The notes beneath the pieces were generated by a model. That model was not told where the DNA came from and did not search any database. It saw nothing but the letters and a program-made list of their open reading frames with translations. A stretch of 64,000 bases of DNA from Tortispora ganteri (Eukaryota): positions 1 to 64,000 of the forward strand of contig PPNB01000021.1 in the NCBI GenBank assembly GCA_003707115.1, in the 5' to 3' direction. A program made the position numbers and the translations under genes. Positions 11,383-21,186 of this stretch are shown piece after piece (the first letter of the stretch is position 1; the number at the start of each line of letters is the position of its first letter).

Positions 11383-12387
11383 TTACTCGTCATCATAATC
11401 ATCCTCGTAATTGTTCTCTTCTTCCTCATCATCAATCATACTATCATCTGAAATCTCATCTATAGCCACATACCTAGCTTTTCTGATCATCATTCCATCT
11501 TCTGATGAAGTTGAGTCCGAATTATCGCTTGCACTGACAGAAATCTCACCGTTCCTTTCTGGATCATTAGAGCCTTCGCTCTCTTCATCCTCGTCACTAG
11601 ATACAATAGTACGTCTTGCATGTGTAGTAATCCTTACTGAAACTTCCGAGTTCTCAGAACTAGAACTAATGTATCCTGGACGTTGCCTATGTGAAACGAC
11701 CATAGATGAAGAAGATGAATAATCATCAAGTGACTCGTTGTCACTTGCAACAAAGGAATCACGCTCGTATTCTTCATCTGACTGTAATGGAAGGCCATGA
11801 CCTAACAGATGCAACTGGTTCTCTATACGCTCGTCAATATGCGATACAAACGTCTCATCCTCGTCCTCTTCATCCTCGTCCTCGTCTTCTTCGTCGTAAT
11901 CTTCATAGTTTTCATTCGGATCATAATGCCGTCCACAGTGTGCACATGAAGAATTCTCTCCATATATCTCCCATCCGCAAGCTATACATCTTCTAACATC
12001 ATCATCAGCATCATAGAATCCCGTACTTGCAGGTACAAAGTTAGGGAACATCCCGCCATCTTGTAGGATCTTGATTAGTTGCATCTCAGCACGATAGTGG
12101 CGATTTAAATAATCTTCAAACAATGAAATTTCTTTTTCATGATTGAAAATATTATATATTTTCATGATTAACTCTTGTAATGCAATGTTCCGTATTGGTT
12201 TCTGCTTCAGATCATTGCGGCAATGAGGGCAAGATGATGACGTCTCAAACCACGATAATAGACACTCATAGCAATAAGAATGACCACATTCTGTAATTAC
12301 AGGTGTACACATTATTTCACTGCATATACTGCATATACACAAAGAGCTCAAATCTTTCAATTCAGCATATTCTATTGCAATCGCCAT
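11383..12387 (-). CDS. PSH1: RING-finger E3 ubiquitin ligase, Psh1-like
   Basis: N-terminal C3HC4 RING (CSIC...CGHSYCYEC...CPHC), then 'DADDDVRRCIACGWEI...CAHC' C4 motif and a very acidic C-terminus, the architecture of Psh1. Confidence 0.7.
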   Translation of the reverse strand: MAIAIEYAELKDLSSLCICSICSEIMCTPVITECGHSYCYECLLSWFETSSSCPHCRNDLKQKPIRNIALQELIMKIYNIFNHEKEISLFEDYLNRHYRAEMQLIKILQDGGMFPNFVPASTGFYDADDDVRRCIACGWEIYGENSSCAHCGRHYDPNENYEDYDEEDEDEDEEDEDETFVSHIDERIENQLHLLGHGLPLQSDEEYERDSFVASDNESLDDYSSSSSMVVSHRQRPGYISSSSENSEVSVRITTHARRTIVSSDEDEESEGSNDPERNGEISVSASDNSDSTSSEDGMMIRKARYVAIDEISDDSMIDDEEEENNYEDDYDDE

Positions 12388-12500
12388 TGTCGCGTTCTAA
12401 GTTAATAATAAATACCTAAAACTTTAAATTATACCATTACTATATTATAAACACTGTAAAATATTAACCCTTATATCTTTCGCTGTATATGAGCATTCAC

Positions 12501-14957
12501 CTAATTCTCAGTAATAAGTCGCTCAATTGATGAAAGATGTCTCGCAGATGACGATCGTCTCAGTTGCTCAAGCAGTGGTCTAATAGCCATAATCATCTTA
12601 TTCCGATACTGCGGCGTAGAAATCTCAACCAGCTTCTGAACAACATAGTTAGCATACTGATCTTTGATCATAATAAACAATGGCGAATCCTGAACAGTGC
12701 CGTTGCTTACAAGCAGCTGATTGTATATGTCATTTTTCCTTCCGGCGTCGCTTTGAATACAACATTTCTCAACAACATTGGACGCAAACTTATGCTGCGA
12801 TAACGAAACAAAATTATCTATAACAAGATCTAAAATATAATCTCGTTCTTGTTTTGTCCCTTGATCAAGAATATGTTGCACAACATAATTCCCAAACTGA
12901 TCCTGGATCAGCGCATTCAGATTCTCCATCAACTCATTCATAACAGCGCCTCTTGACTCTCGCTCTCCATATATAAGCACGCGCTGAATAACACGACACC
13001 CGTATGCATGCACTGCTAAACTCACAGATTTGCCTCGAAATGAGTCCAATACAAACTTCGTTTCTGCAGTTGGAACATTCTCAACAATCTTCTGAATAAC
13101 ATGGTTGCCGTTCTGATCTTTAGAGCATCTAATAACATCCTGCTTCATTTCACCAGCAAGTTTGATCCGCTCCTCATCATCTAAGTATACAAAAGCGGTC
13201 TGGATTACACGACATCCATACATTTGTAGAGACAACGGTATCATGTTGCCTTGAAGGTGTCTTGACAGCATTCTTCTCTGGCTAGGCGTGCCATGCTCAA
13301 ACATCTTCTGAATCACATAGTTGCCAAAAACGTCCTTCATAAGATCGGGCACATATATATCAATCTGCCTGAAAAGTTCAGCTTTCTGTGAATCGCTAAG
13401 CGTACCAATCTTGCTCTGAATATATCTTGATCCAAACTGGTCTTTGCACACGTCCGGTATATGCTCAAAAACGCACTCAATATTATCGACTTTGACGTAT
13501 TTAGACGGTTTAAATTCAGTATTTTTGGCGTTGGACTTCTTAAGGCATGCTTTAGATTCATCTGCGCGCTTCTGAATCGGGTCTCCTATACGTTCTCGCG
13601 ACGCTTTTCGTTGTCGCTCAGGTTTGCCCGCCTTACTATAATTCTTGTTGCTTAGCGACTCTATACTCGGTATAGACTGTATTTGGGGTGCAGGCTCTTG
13701 GAATACGCGGTGCCCAGACTCTTGAGGGGTAACGCTATTGGCAGCAATTCTATTGAATGCCATAGGAGGATTCACAGGAGACGAAAGGCCGCTGCCATTG
13801 TGTAGCGTATACCCAGGCCCACTCGAAATATTGGTATTCACCAATGTAGAAGATGATAAATTTGTGTAGTGCGCAAAATCGCTGGGTGCAGTACTGGCAG
13901 GGTCCACAAGGGCGACGCTGTTGTTGGTGCCGTTGTTTCGTCGGAGAAATTGGTTGGACGTGCCTGAATCGCTGAACGGCTCTTCAAACGAAGATCTCGC
14001 TGAAGAAAAAGAAGATTTGCGCTGAGAGCGCGCATTGTTTTCAAATAAACTAGTCCAGCGGGAAGAAAACAGTGCGGAAGAGTCGCTCATTTTCACAGTA
14101 GAAGAAGAAGTGACACTTCCAGTACGGACCTTAAATGTATCTGCATTAGAATTTAAAGAAACCTGCGTTGGCAGTGTAGAAGAGTCAAATATTGGGTCGT
14201 TGTCAGAAGCGAATCCACTTGAGCTGCGAGATGAGTCAAGAGGCAGGCCTGCCGCAGGATGTGAAGAGTAAGCAGGTAGAGAGCCTACAGCAGAAGTTAA
14301 AGAGTTATTACCAGCTGCTGTAGAATTAATATCGCCCTGATCACTTGGGAAAGACGACAATGGAGCCGAATCAGGAGAAGTAGAAGTTGTGCTGGAGTAA
14401 GTTGTTGAATCAAGGACTTCGGAAGAGGAAGTTGTATCATTTATATCAAGGCCTTGCAAATGTGCGTGTATTTCTATTTCTTTCGTTGTTTCAGAGAGTC
14501 TAGAAGGAGTATATAACTGCTGAGACCAAGGATTGGAATATTGTCTTGGTTTGAATTTGAAATCGGCCGCAATAGAGGGAGCGGACTGCAGGTCGGAGAA
14601 ACCGTTAGAATAAGCAGCACTGACACTTTTCAGTGCTTCTGGAGAAGGTAAAGAATTAACATATTCAGTAGGCTTAAAAGAGTAGTAAGAATGCCAATTT
14701 TGCCACGACGCGATAGATGATGTGTTTGCAGATGCGGTCAAACCGGTATAATACATACTTTGAGACGAGAGCGGTAGCGGTTTAAGCGGTGCTAGATCGT
14801 CAGCAGATGACTGAAGCCATTGTGAAGTGCGATATATGTCATCCTGAGAAAAAATATGCGGGTTCTTACTGTTCATGGAAGAGGTTAATCTGTCACTGAG
14901 TCCGTCAGGTCTCGGTCTTGGGGGTGACCTGTTGAATGAAGTTGACGGTTGCGACAT
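12501..14957 (-). CDS. PUF3: Pumilio-family RNA-binding protein, Puf3 type
   Basis: Ser-rich N-terminus plus 8 PUF repeats with recognition triplets SRQ, NYQ, CRQ, NHQ, CRQ, NYQ, SNE, NYQ (canonical Pumilio/Puf3 code). Confidence 0.85.
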   Translation of the reverse strand: MSQPSTSFNRSPPRPRPDGLSDRLTSSMNSKNPHIFSQDDIYRTSQWLQSSADDLAPLKPLPLSSQSMYYTGLTASANTSSIASWQNWHSYYSFKPTEYVNSLPSPEALKSVSAAYSNGFSDLQSAPSIAADFKFKPRQYSNPWSQQLYTPSRLSETTKEIEIHAHLQGLDINDTTSSSEVLDSTTYSSTTSTSPDSAPLSSFPSDQGDINSTAAGNNSLTSAVGSLPAYSSHPAAGLPLDSSRSSSGFASDNDPIFDSSTLPTQVSLNSNADTFKVRTGSVTSSSTVKMSDSSALFSSRWTSLFENNARSQRKSSFSSARSSFEEPFSDSGTSNQFLRRNNGTNNSVALVDPASTAPSDFAHYTNLSSSTLVNTNISSGPGYTLHNGSGLSSPVNPPMAFNRIAANSVTPQESGHRVFQEPAPQIQSIPSIESLSNKNYSKAGKPERQRKASRERIGDPIQKRADESKACLKKSNAKNTEFKPSKYVKVDNIECVFEHIPDVCKDQFGSRYIQSKIGTLSDSQKAELFRQIDIYVPDLMKDVFGNYVIQKMFEHGTPSQRRMLSRHLQGNMIPLSLQMYGCRVIQTAFVYLDDEERIKLAGEMKQDVIRCSKDQNGNHVIQKIVENVPTAETKFVLDSFRGKSVSLAVHAYGCRVIQRVLIYGERESRGAVMNELMENLNALIQDQFGNYVVQHILDQGTKQERDYILDLVIDNFVSLSQHKFASNVVEKCCIQSDAGRKNDIYNQLLVSNGTVQDSPLFIMIKDQYANYVVQKLVEISTPQYRNKMIMAIRPLLEQLRRSSSARHLSSIERLITEN

Positions 14958-15959
14958 CTGTTAGCAGAAACAGGCTCAGATCAGCGACCAGTTTATAATC
15001 ACGTGGAATTTCAATAAAACTATTACTGATCGGAAAAAAAAAAAGGAAGATAAACAAATTGTGAAACAGAACAGAGAGGGGTGGGAAAGATGCAGTTATA
15101 TAGCAAAAAGATAAGCTCTTTATGGAATTTAAAGACGGGGGGAGCAAGCTTAAGCAAAAAAAAGAGCAGACTAAGTTAATTAGTGAATGACTACCTTTTT
15201 TCCTGTTTTTAATAAGAGTGAAATTGCAGCTGTTTAGGTTCCTTTTTAGATAAGTTTCAGTCAATGCTCACGTCACGCTGCGCTGTTAAGGTGGAATGGC
15301 TATGTGAACCTTAAAGAGCGAATTACGAGGTAGTAATGAGTAGATTGTGAGAAAGTGGAGTAATCCAAAAACTAGCCAATCAGATGCAAACGTTGGGAAG
15401 TGTGGACCAATCATGTCATCGTATCGGCTCATTATTGCACACTTTTGGGAGGAACCGTGCGGCTCAATGTTTGATTTTTGGTTTCGAATAATTAGGCTAA
15501 AATCGGTACCGCTAGTTTATTCATTTCAGGGTCTTCTGTGCGAATAAAACAGGTCAATTGATCTATTTTGAAGCTATATGTAGAGCTTAATACATGGTCA
15601 CTTTGTTATGCTGTGCCTTAGATCGGTCATGTACAGTACAATGCTATTGTATATGAATTAGTGCTATCATAAATTAGGGTTATGTTGCTTATACCAAACA
15701 CCGGTACTTTTGGCTGAACTGGTAAGAAGTAGTAGTTGTCAGTGACATTCATTTAATAGTTAAAAATTGTAATTCTCAGGCTAAATGTTCAATGATTCAA
15801 AGATAGGTGTATATGTAAAAATGTATATAGAAAATTGTTGTTGAAATTGAACAAGAGAATGTGAGATTATAGCTGTGATCTTATGCAACTACAGCATTGT
15901 ATTCCGTGTAGCATAAGATAAGATCGCAATTAAGATCGTAATGCCAATCGTAGTGTTGA

Positions 15960-16727
15960 TCATATTGCTTGCATCCATGCCACTAATAGGTAAATCTTTG
16001 TGTCTATGAATTCAGGAGACCCAACAAGGATCCTGTCAAGCTTCTGTTTTAGTTTCTGTTTTTCGTCGTCCGACAAATTAGTAATGTAGGATCTAGATAG
16101 CATTGTTTGCCATATAGATTCCTTTTTAACTAATCTAGATGTCTTGAATTTCTTCTCTTGAAATGGCGTTTGAAAATACTGTGATGATTCGTTTAAAGGT
16201 TTCTGCCATTTGTTATGTCTCTGCTGAGGTACAATGCTGTCGTAGGACCACATTAATTCCACATACTGTTTCTGTACCTCGCTCGCTTCCTCCATGTCTT
16301 CATTGTTCCAAAGTAGGCCTAAATATCCTCCTTTTTTTAATACCCTTCTGAACTCTTTGATTGCATCGCAGTCGGCAAACCAGTGAAATGCTTGTGCGAT
16401 CAAGACAGCATCCGCTACACCATCTTCAACAGGTAACGAGTGTGCATCTCCGTTCACAATTTCTACATCTGGACATCGTTTTTTAAAACTCTCCCGCATA
16501 CCTTCGCTGGGTTCTATTGCCAATATATCTAGATCGTAAGGCCGAAGCGTCTCGGTAAACAATCCAGTGCCAGCCCCAACTTCGATCACTTTTGCCCCAG
16601 GCTTCAAGTTCATCACCTCTTCAATGAGGAATGCTACACCCTTCTTATTAAATGAAGGTCTAACGCGATCATATATCTCATGATTAGCTGTAAATGATGA
16701 TTGTGAAATTTGGTTGACTTTCGACAT
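15960..16727 (-). CDS. Class I SAM-dependent methyltransferase (Methyltransf_11-like)
   Basis: 'YDRVRPS', motif I 'VIEVGAGTG', 'AIEPSEGM', 'IAQAFHWF', 'RVLKKGG'. Confidence 0.88.
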   Translation of the reverse strand: MSKVNQISQSSFTANHEIYDRVRPSFNKKGVAFLIEEVMNLKPGAKVIEVGAGTGLFTETLRPYDLDILAIEPSEGMRESFKKRCPDVEIVNGDAHSLPVEDGVADAVLIAQAFHWFADCDAIKEFRRVLKKGGYLGLLWNNEDMEEASEVQKQYVELMWSYDSIVPQQRHNKWQKPLNESSQYFQTPFQEKKFKTSRLVKKESIWQTMLSRSYITNLSDDEKQKLKQKLDRILVGSPEFIDTKIYLLVAWMQAI

Positions 16728-16948
16728 GTTGACGTTAAAACAAATACGAAATACCAGTAAAGTGGCTCATTTGTGGTCCCCTTGGTTTGGGACAGTTGCA
16801 ACTCCTTCTTGTTTATATAGTAAACAAGCAATCTACAAATTATAATACAATTTAAAGGCTATTAATGCTTAGATACAACATTTATTCATTGTCTATATAC
16901 AACAGTTAACATGGGGCATTGCATCTGAAACACACATTAGTCATGCTT

Positions 16949-17755
16949 TTAAAGCGCGTTAGAGTCAGGACCAGGAAATAGACGCTGTCCGACTACATCC
17001 CAGTCTATAGAATTCCACCAATTCTCCAAGTAGTCTCGCTTTCTTGCAGGACCGTAATCTTGTAAAAAAGCAAATTGCCACATGTTGACAGCAAGGATCG
17101 GTAGGACATCAGCGCGACCAAGAGCGCCTGGAGGTCGTTTTACTAGATCCATCGCTGCTTCGGCCTGTTCGGTGCTAATTGTACCCGTAAGATCAAGCTG
17201 CTGGCGTCGCGCTTCATCAAAAACAGTTCCGGCGTTATAAGTGTTCATTACTGCAAGTTGTGGTCGTCCAATGTCGACTTTCTCAGGCAGCTCGACGAGC
17301 CATACAAACCCATTACCGAATATCCCCAGCGCTCGTTGAAATATAAGCTCTTTTAGAGCCTCTACAGTTTGGAAACTCCTCACGATTCTCTCCTCAACTG
17401 TAGGCGGAATTCCTCTAGTTTCTTTGGAAGGGTTTAGCGCAGAAATATAGAAATGGTTGTTGAATGCCAGACTGGCGTAGTTAAATATTACTGAATGTTC
17501 CGGCGTACGAGATGTTTTCAGCACTATATCCAGTGGCGATTTGTCTTCAAAATCAGTACCGGCAGTCAATTCCGACAGTCTGTCTACAAGATAAGTCTGG
17601 TATTCGGTCCATGCTACACCAAACCCGGTCGGCGAGTACAGGCCCGGAACTCCGCTGTTGCGGTATTCATCGATTCGTTTCAGCGCCGGTAGTTGATGTA
17701 TTTGACGCTTTACGTAACCGCGAACAACTATACGACCTAAACTGTGTCGTAGCAT
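16949..17755 (-). CDS. Mitochondrial small-subunit ribosomal protein with Fe/Mn-SOD fold (mS42/mS43, Rsm26/Mrp1-like)
   Basis: Arg-rich presequence; SOD-like 'FNYASLAFNNHFY', 'FGNGFVWLV', 'PILAVNMWQFAFLQDYG...YLENWWNSIDW'; the DxWEHAY metal ligands are missing. Confidence 0.8.
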   Translation of the reverse strand: MLRHSLGRIVVRGYVKRQIHQLPALKRIDEYRNSGVPGLYSPTGFGVAWTEYQTYLVDRLSELTAGTDFEDKSPLDIVLKTSRTPEHSVIFNYASLAFNNHFYISALNPSKETRGIPPTVEERIVRSFQTVEALKELIFQRALGIFGNGFVWLVELPEKVDIGRPQLAVMNTYNAGTVFDEARRQQLDLTGTISTEQAEAAMDLVKRPPGALGRADVLPILAVNMWQFAFLQDYGPARKRDYLENWWNSIDWDVVGQRLFPGPDSNAL

Positions 17756-17851
17756 ATTTTGTCTAATGCTTTAAATCGTATACAGTGGACTACTGCAAGC
17801 TTGTGGTGATGGTGGAAATGGTCTCGAGGTTTTTTGCAGAAGTAAAAAGTT

Positions 17852-17869
17852 TATTGTCACGTGACAATA
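17852..17869. promoter_or_regulatory. 18-bp perfect palindrome TATTGTCACGTGACAATA containing a Cbf1-type bHLH site (GTCACGTGAC)
   Basis: Seen directly in the divergent promoter between the mitoribosomal gene and COX23. Confidence 0.6.
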
Positions 17870-18052
17870 GGAAATATTGTATATGCGAATGGCAGCAGTG
17901 ATAAGAAATATGCTAATTTTTGCATTATTTTTATTTTAAATAGTTCCACAGTCTTTTTTCACATTATTTTTGTTACCTGTACTGTTGGTGTGGCGGCCTA
18001 CTAATAGCTATGGATAGTGGACAGATTCACCTATACTTCGTCTCACACCGGC

Positions 18053-18391
18053 ATGGCACCAATTTTCTTGAAACGTACTGAACCGGAGAACCAACAAGAC
18101 GACAAGGATATAAATAATCTCGGATGGGAGACAAAAGATAGTGAAGGTAATAAAAAGCTGAAATTTTACCCTGAAAATTTGGAAAGCGATCACCACAAGG
18201 AACAATGGTTGAAGAAGAGTCCCAGCCAGTTTTATGATCCGTGCGCGGAATCGTCAAAAATGTCTTTGCGATGTCTAGAGCGGAACAACTACGACAAGAA
18301 GATGTGTACGGACTACTTTGAAGCATATAGGGAATGTTCTAGGGATTGGACGAAGCTACGCCGTGAGGCTCGCCGAAAGGGATTATGGTAG
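18053..18391 (+). CDS. COX23: Cytochrome c oxidase assembly factor, twin CX9C protein
   Basis: 'SQFYDPCAESSKMSLRCLERNNYDKKMCTDYFEAYRECSRDW'. First in-frame ATG is 18053; the ORF track starts at GTG 18017. Confidence 0.9.
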   Translation: MAPIFLKRTEPENQQDDKDINNLGWETKDSEGNKKLKFYPENLESDHHKEQWLKKSPSQFYDPCAESSKMSLRCLERNNYDKKMCTDYFEAYRECSRDWTKLRREARRKGLW

Positions 18392-18489
18392 AATCCATAT
18401 GTACATATACGGTCTTTAATTCGAATTTAATAAATAACAGATTCTTAACGGAGCTTGACGAAGCAATATATTTCGTCTTTTTTTTTATT

Positions 18490-20868
18490 TCATCCACATG
18501 TAGTCTTGATATATTCCGATGAACTATTCGCAGTTAGAATCGGCCTTGTATTATATAGCTCATCTTCCTGATCTTCTTCGTCTTCCTCGTTACCCACTGA
18601 CTCTTCATCAGAGTACACATGAAACTCATGCTTCACGTGCAAGCTGCCTTTCTCATTCACAGATTTCGCAGGTTTCGGTATATTAGTAAATGCAATAGAA
18701 CTATTGTCTCTTGATGGCTCGCCTTCGCTCTCTTCGCATATCATTTCTGCGTGCGCACCTTGTGTGGTTTTAGGCCGTCTTACAGGTACCCAGTCACCAT
18801 TCGATGTGGGTATATCACGTCTAAAAGTCTTCTGAGGGCCAGCAAAAGCCTTTCTCATTCGTGCTGACAATGGACTCGATGATCGATTGTTGCTTGATCC
18901 TCTCCAATTTTTGTTTCGCAAGATCTGGGCACTTGCGCGACTCTTCTTTGCCGAACCGCGTGCCAATGTCGCTTGCCGCCAAGCAGAACGCGGTTCAGAT
19001 TCCCCGAATCGTCCAGTTCTCTCATTGGTATACGTGCCGAACACTGAACTTTCGGTGTCGGAAACGTCAGAAGAAGTAGATATTCGCGGATCAAATCCTC
19101 CGGACTGACAGAACTCTTTAAAAAGTGACGATTTCGACGATGAAACTGAACCATTACTTAGTCCTCGACGTAGAAGACCAACTCGGTCTAAAGATGACTC
19201 AAGTGATGCTTGCGAAACTCTGTGAGATTCCATGCCATTAGCCGCATCTGAATCTGAATCGTATGTTGAATTCTGCGAGAGTTTTCGTGCGCTCTCCGGC
19301 TTATATTTGTCCCTGCCAGCAGGAATAGCGCCTTTAATGTTTTTGTTCTGCGTCTTTGGTCCATTGGAAACTGAGTAACTACTCTTTGTACCGCTTTTAG
19401 AGGTTTTCTCCTCACCAGGAGACTCAGAGCGAATAGAGCTGTCAGGAGAAAGTTTGCTCCTAGATAAGAGTTTCCTGAAAGCAATAAGAACTTTAGATCG
19501 TTTAGAAGACTCTGCAATCGAACATGGTACGTCTTTGTCGTAATCATTTTTTCGTACCTGTTCATTAAACGAAACGCGTACATCGTCTTTAGCAACTTCC
19601 GTAGGTTCTGGTTGGGGTTTTGTATTTAAAGCTGTTCCAGCTCCAGTAGACGTTACATTCAAGCTGCTAGTAGCAGTCAAAGGGAGAATCTCCGAGGCAC
19701 GAGCACTTTCAGGGTTCTTGACATCGCTTGACCTTCGTGAAGAACCACTCATTGAACGACGCATCAAGTTACCAGAGTACCTTATAGCTATAGTTCGTTT
19801 CTTCTTTTTCTGTTTAGCTTTGCGCTTATATTCCTTATTTAGTGACAGCGTCCAGTATCCGTAGAGTGTATCGCATCGTCTGTTCATAACTGATTCAACC
19901 AGTGCGTCTATATCAATATGCGAATATTTTAATTTTTTCAGCAAATCACGCTCGAGTTTTGTTTCAAAAGGTCGTGGATCCGGATCGCGTACGAACTTTT
20001 TCATTAGTTCCGTTTGGTGCGAAATAAAAGGGTGGTTTAGTATAGCGCTGCCGGAAGGGCGTTTTGTCGGGTCCTTATCCAACATCTGTTTAATAAGATC
20101 CAGGACATCTGGAGGTATGTAATCGGGGTAATCTGGTTCGTCATTAAGAATTCGTCGCCTAGTTTCGTCCTCTTCGTATTCGTCGAATGGTAGCTGGCCA
20201 GTTACAAGTGCATACAAGATGACACCTGATGCCCAAATATCAACAGCTTTTCCATTATATTTGACACCTGGTTTGAGCATTTCTGGCGCGAGGTAGCTGA
20301 CTGTACCGCAGCGGGTTTCAAGAAGCATACGCGCTTCAATTTGCCTTGTGAAGCCGAAATCACAAAGCTTCGCATTGCCCTTTTCGTCAAGAAGAATATT
20401 TTCTAGTTTTATATCGCGGTGTACACAGTCTCGTGAATGAAGATACGCTACAGCGCCAGCAATCTGGGCGAATATCTTCTGAGTACGCTTGAAACTGAAC
20501 CTACCAGAGTTCCAAAGATGTAAAAACAACTCACGGCCAGAACAGTACTCCATAGCGAGGTATATTTGATCGTCAGTGAGAATAGCCTCGTAAAGGGCTG
20601 TAATATTTGGGTGAAACAGTTTACGCAAATGCAGGATCTCTCTTACTACCATCATACTTGATCGCGGAGCAGCTTTAAGGACGACCTTCGAGCCGATCAT
20701 TGCGTGAGATGCAAGGTATACTTTACCAAAAGAGCCTTCCCCGATAATCTCGTCTAGAATATAGTTGCCAACTCGTTTAGCAGTTCTATCAGAGAATTGT
20801 GCAATAAGTTCATCATATTCAAGGGCTAGCTTCGCCTTAGCGTTCTGTGTCGCTGAGAGTCTGGACAT
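18490..20868 (-). CDS. CAMK-group Ser/Thr protein kinase (YPL150W/ppk16-like)
   Basis: 'IGEGSFGKVYLA', 'HRDIKLENILL', 'DFGFT', 'CGTVSYLAPE'; N-terminus 'NAKAKLALEYDELI' is typical of this subfamily; long Ser/Arg-rich tail. Confidence 0.88.
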   Translation of the reverse strand: MSRLSATQNAKAKLALEYDELIAQFSDRTAKRVGNYILDEIIGEGSFGKVYLASHAMIGSKVVLKAAPRSSMMVVREILHLRKLFHPNITALYEAILTDDQIYLAMEYCSGRELFLHLWNSGRFSFKRTQKIFAQIAGAVAYLHSRDCVHRDIKLENILLDEKGNAKLCDFGFTRQIEARMLLETRCGTVSYLAPEMLKPGVKYNGKAVDIWASGVILYALVTGQLPFDEYEEDETRRRILNDEPDYPDYIPPDVLDLIKQMLDKDPTKRPSGSAILNHPFISHQTELMKKFVRDPDPRPFETKLERDLLKKLKYSHIDIDALVESVMNRRCDTLYGYWTLSLNKEYKRKAKQKKKKRTIAIRYSGNLMRRSMSGSSRRSSDVKNPESARASEILPLTATSSLNVTSTGAGTALNTKPQPEPTEVAKDDVRVSFNEQVRKNDYDKDVPCSIAESSKRSKVLIAFRKLLSRSKLSPDSSIRSESPGEEKTSKSGTKSSYSVSNGPKTQNKNIKGAIPAGRDKYKPESARKLSQNSTYDSDSDAANGMESHRVSQASLESSLDRVGLLRRGLSNGSVSSSKSSLFKEFCQSGGFDPRISTSSDVSDTESSVFGTYTNERTGRFGESEPRSAWRQATLARGSAKKSRASAQILRNKNWRGSSNNRSSSPLSARMRKAFAGPQKTFRRDIPTSNGDWVPVRRPKTTQGAHAEMICEESEGEPSRDNSSIAFTNIPKPAKSVNEKGSLHVKHEFHVYSDEESVGNEEDEEDQEDELYNTRPILTANSSSEYIKTTCG

Positions 20869-21186
20869 CGCGCAGACCTGCAGAATAGAAGTGCTGAAGC
20901 CTTCAGGAATGTCGCCACCACTTGTATATTTACAAGCACAATATAGCTAAAGCAAACACTATACACCAATACGCAAATGATGAGCACGGCAAGCAAATCA
21001 GCCAAGTTGTTTAAAGAGTAAGAGATTTCAATCAAAGATTGAATAACAGCAGCGTATGGCTGCAACATCTGCATTTCGGGTATTAGATAATCAGGGGTTA
21101 GGGTATTGCACAATAAACTACAAGAGCATTAGACTGAATGTGTGGGTTTCTCCGTCTAAGATAGGCATGTATTTTGGTATTGTACG

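Noticed and set aside
15960..16727. Horizontally acquired bacterial methyltransferase
   Set aside because: This family is widespread in fungi, the gene has a normal TATA-like upstream element, and no mobility signatures are visible; a phylogeny would be needed.
16949..17755. Mn/Fe superoxide dismutase
   Set aside because: Metal-binding His/Asp ligands are absent (NMWQFAF instead of DxWEHAY); it fits a SOD-fold mitoribosomal protein.
17852..17990. Possible point centromere (CDEI-like GTCACGTG followed by AT-rich DNA)
   Set aside because: The downstream DNA is not a very AT-rich CDEII-like block, there is no CDEIII CCGAA core, and it sits in a short divergent promoter.
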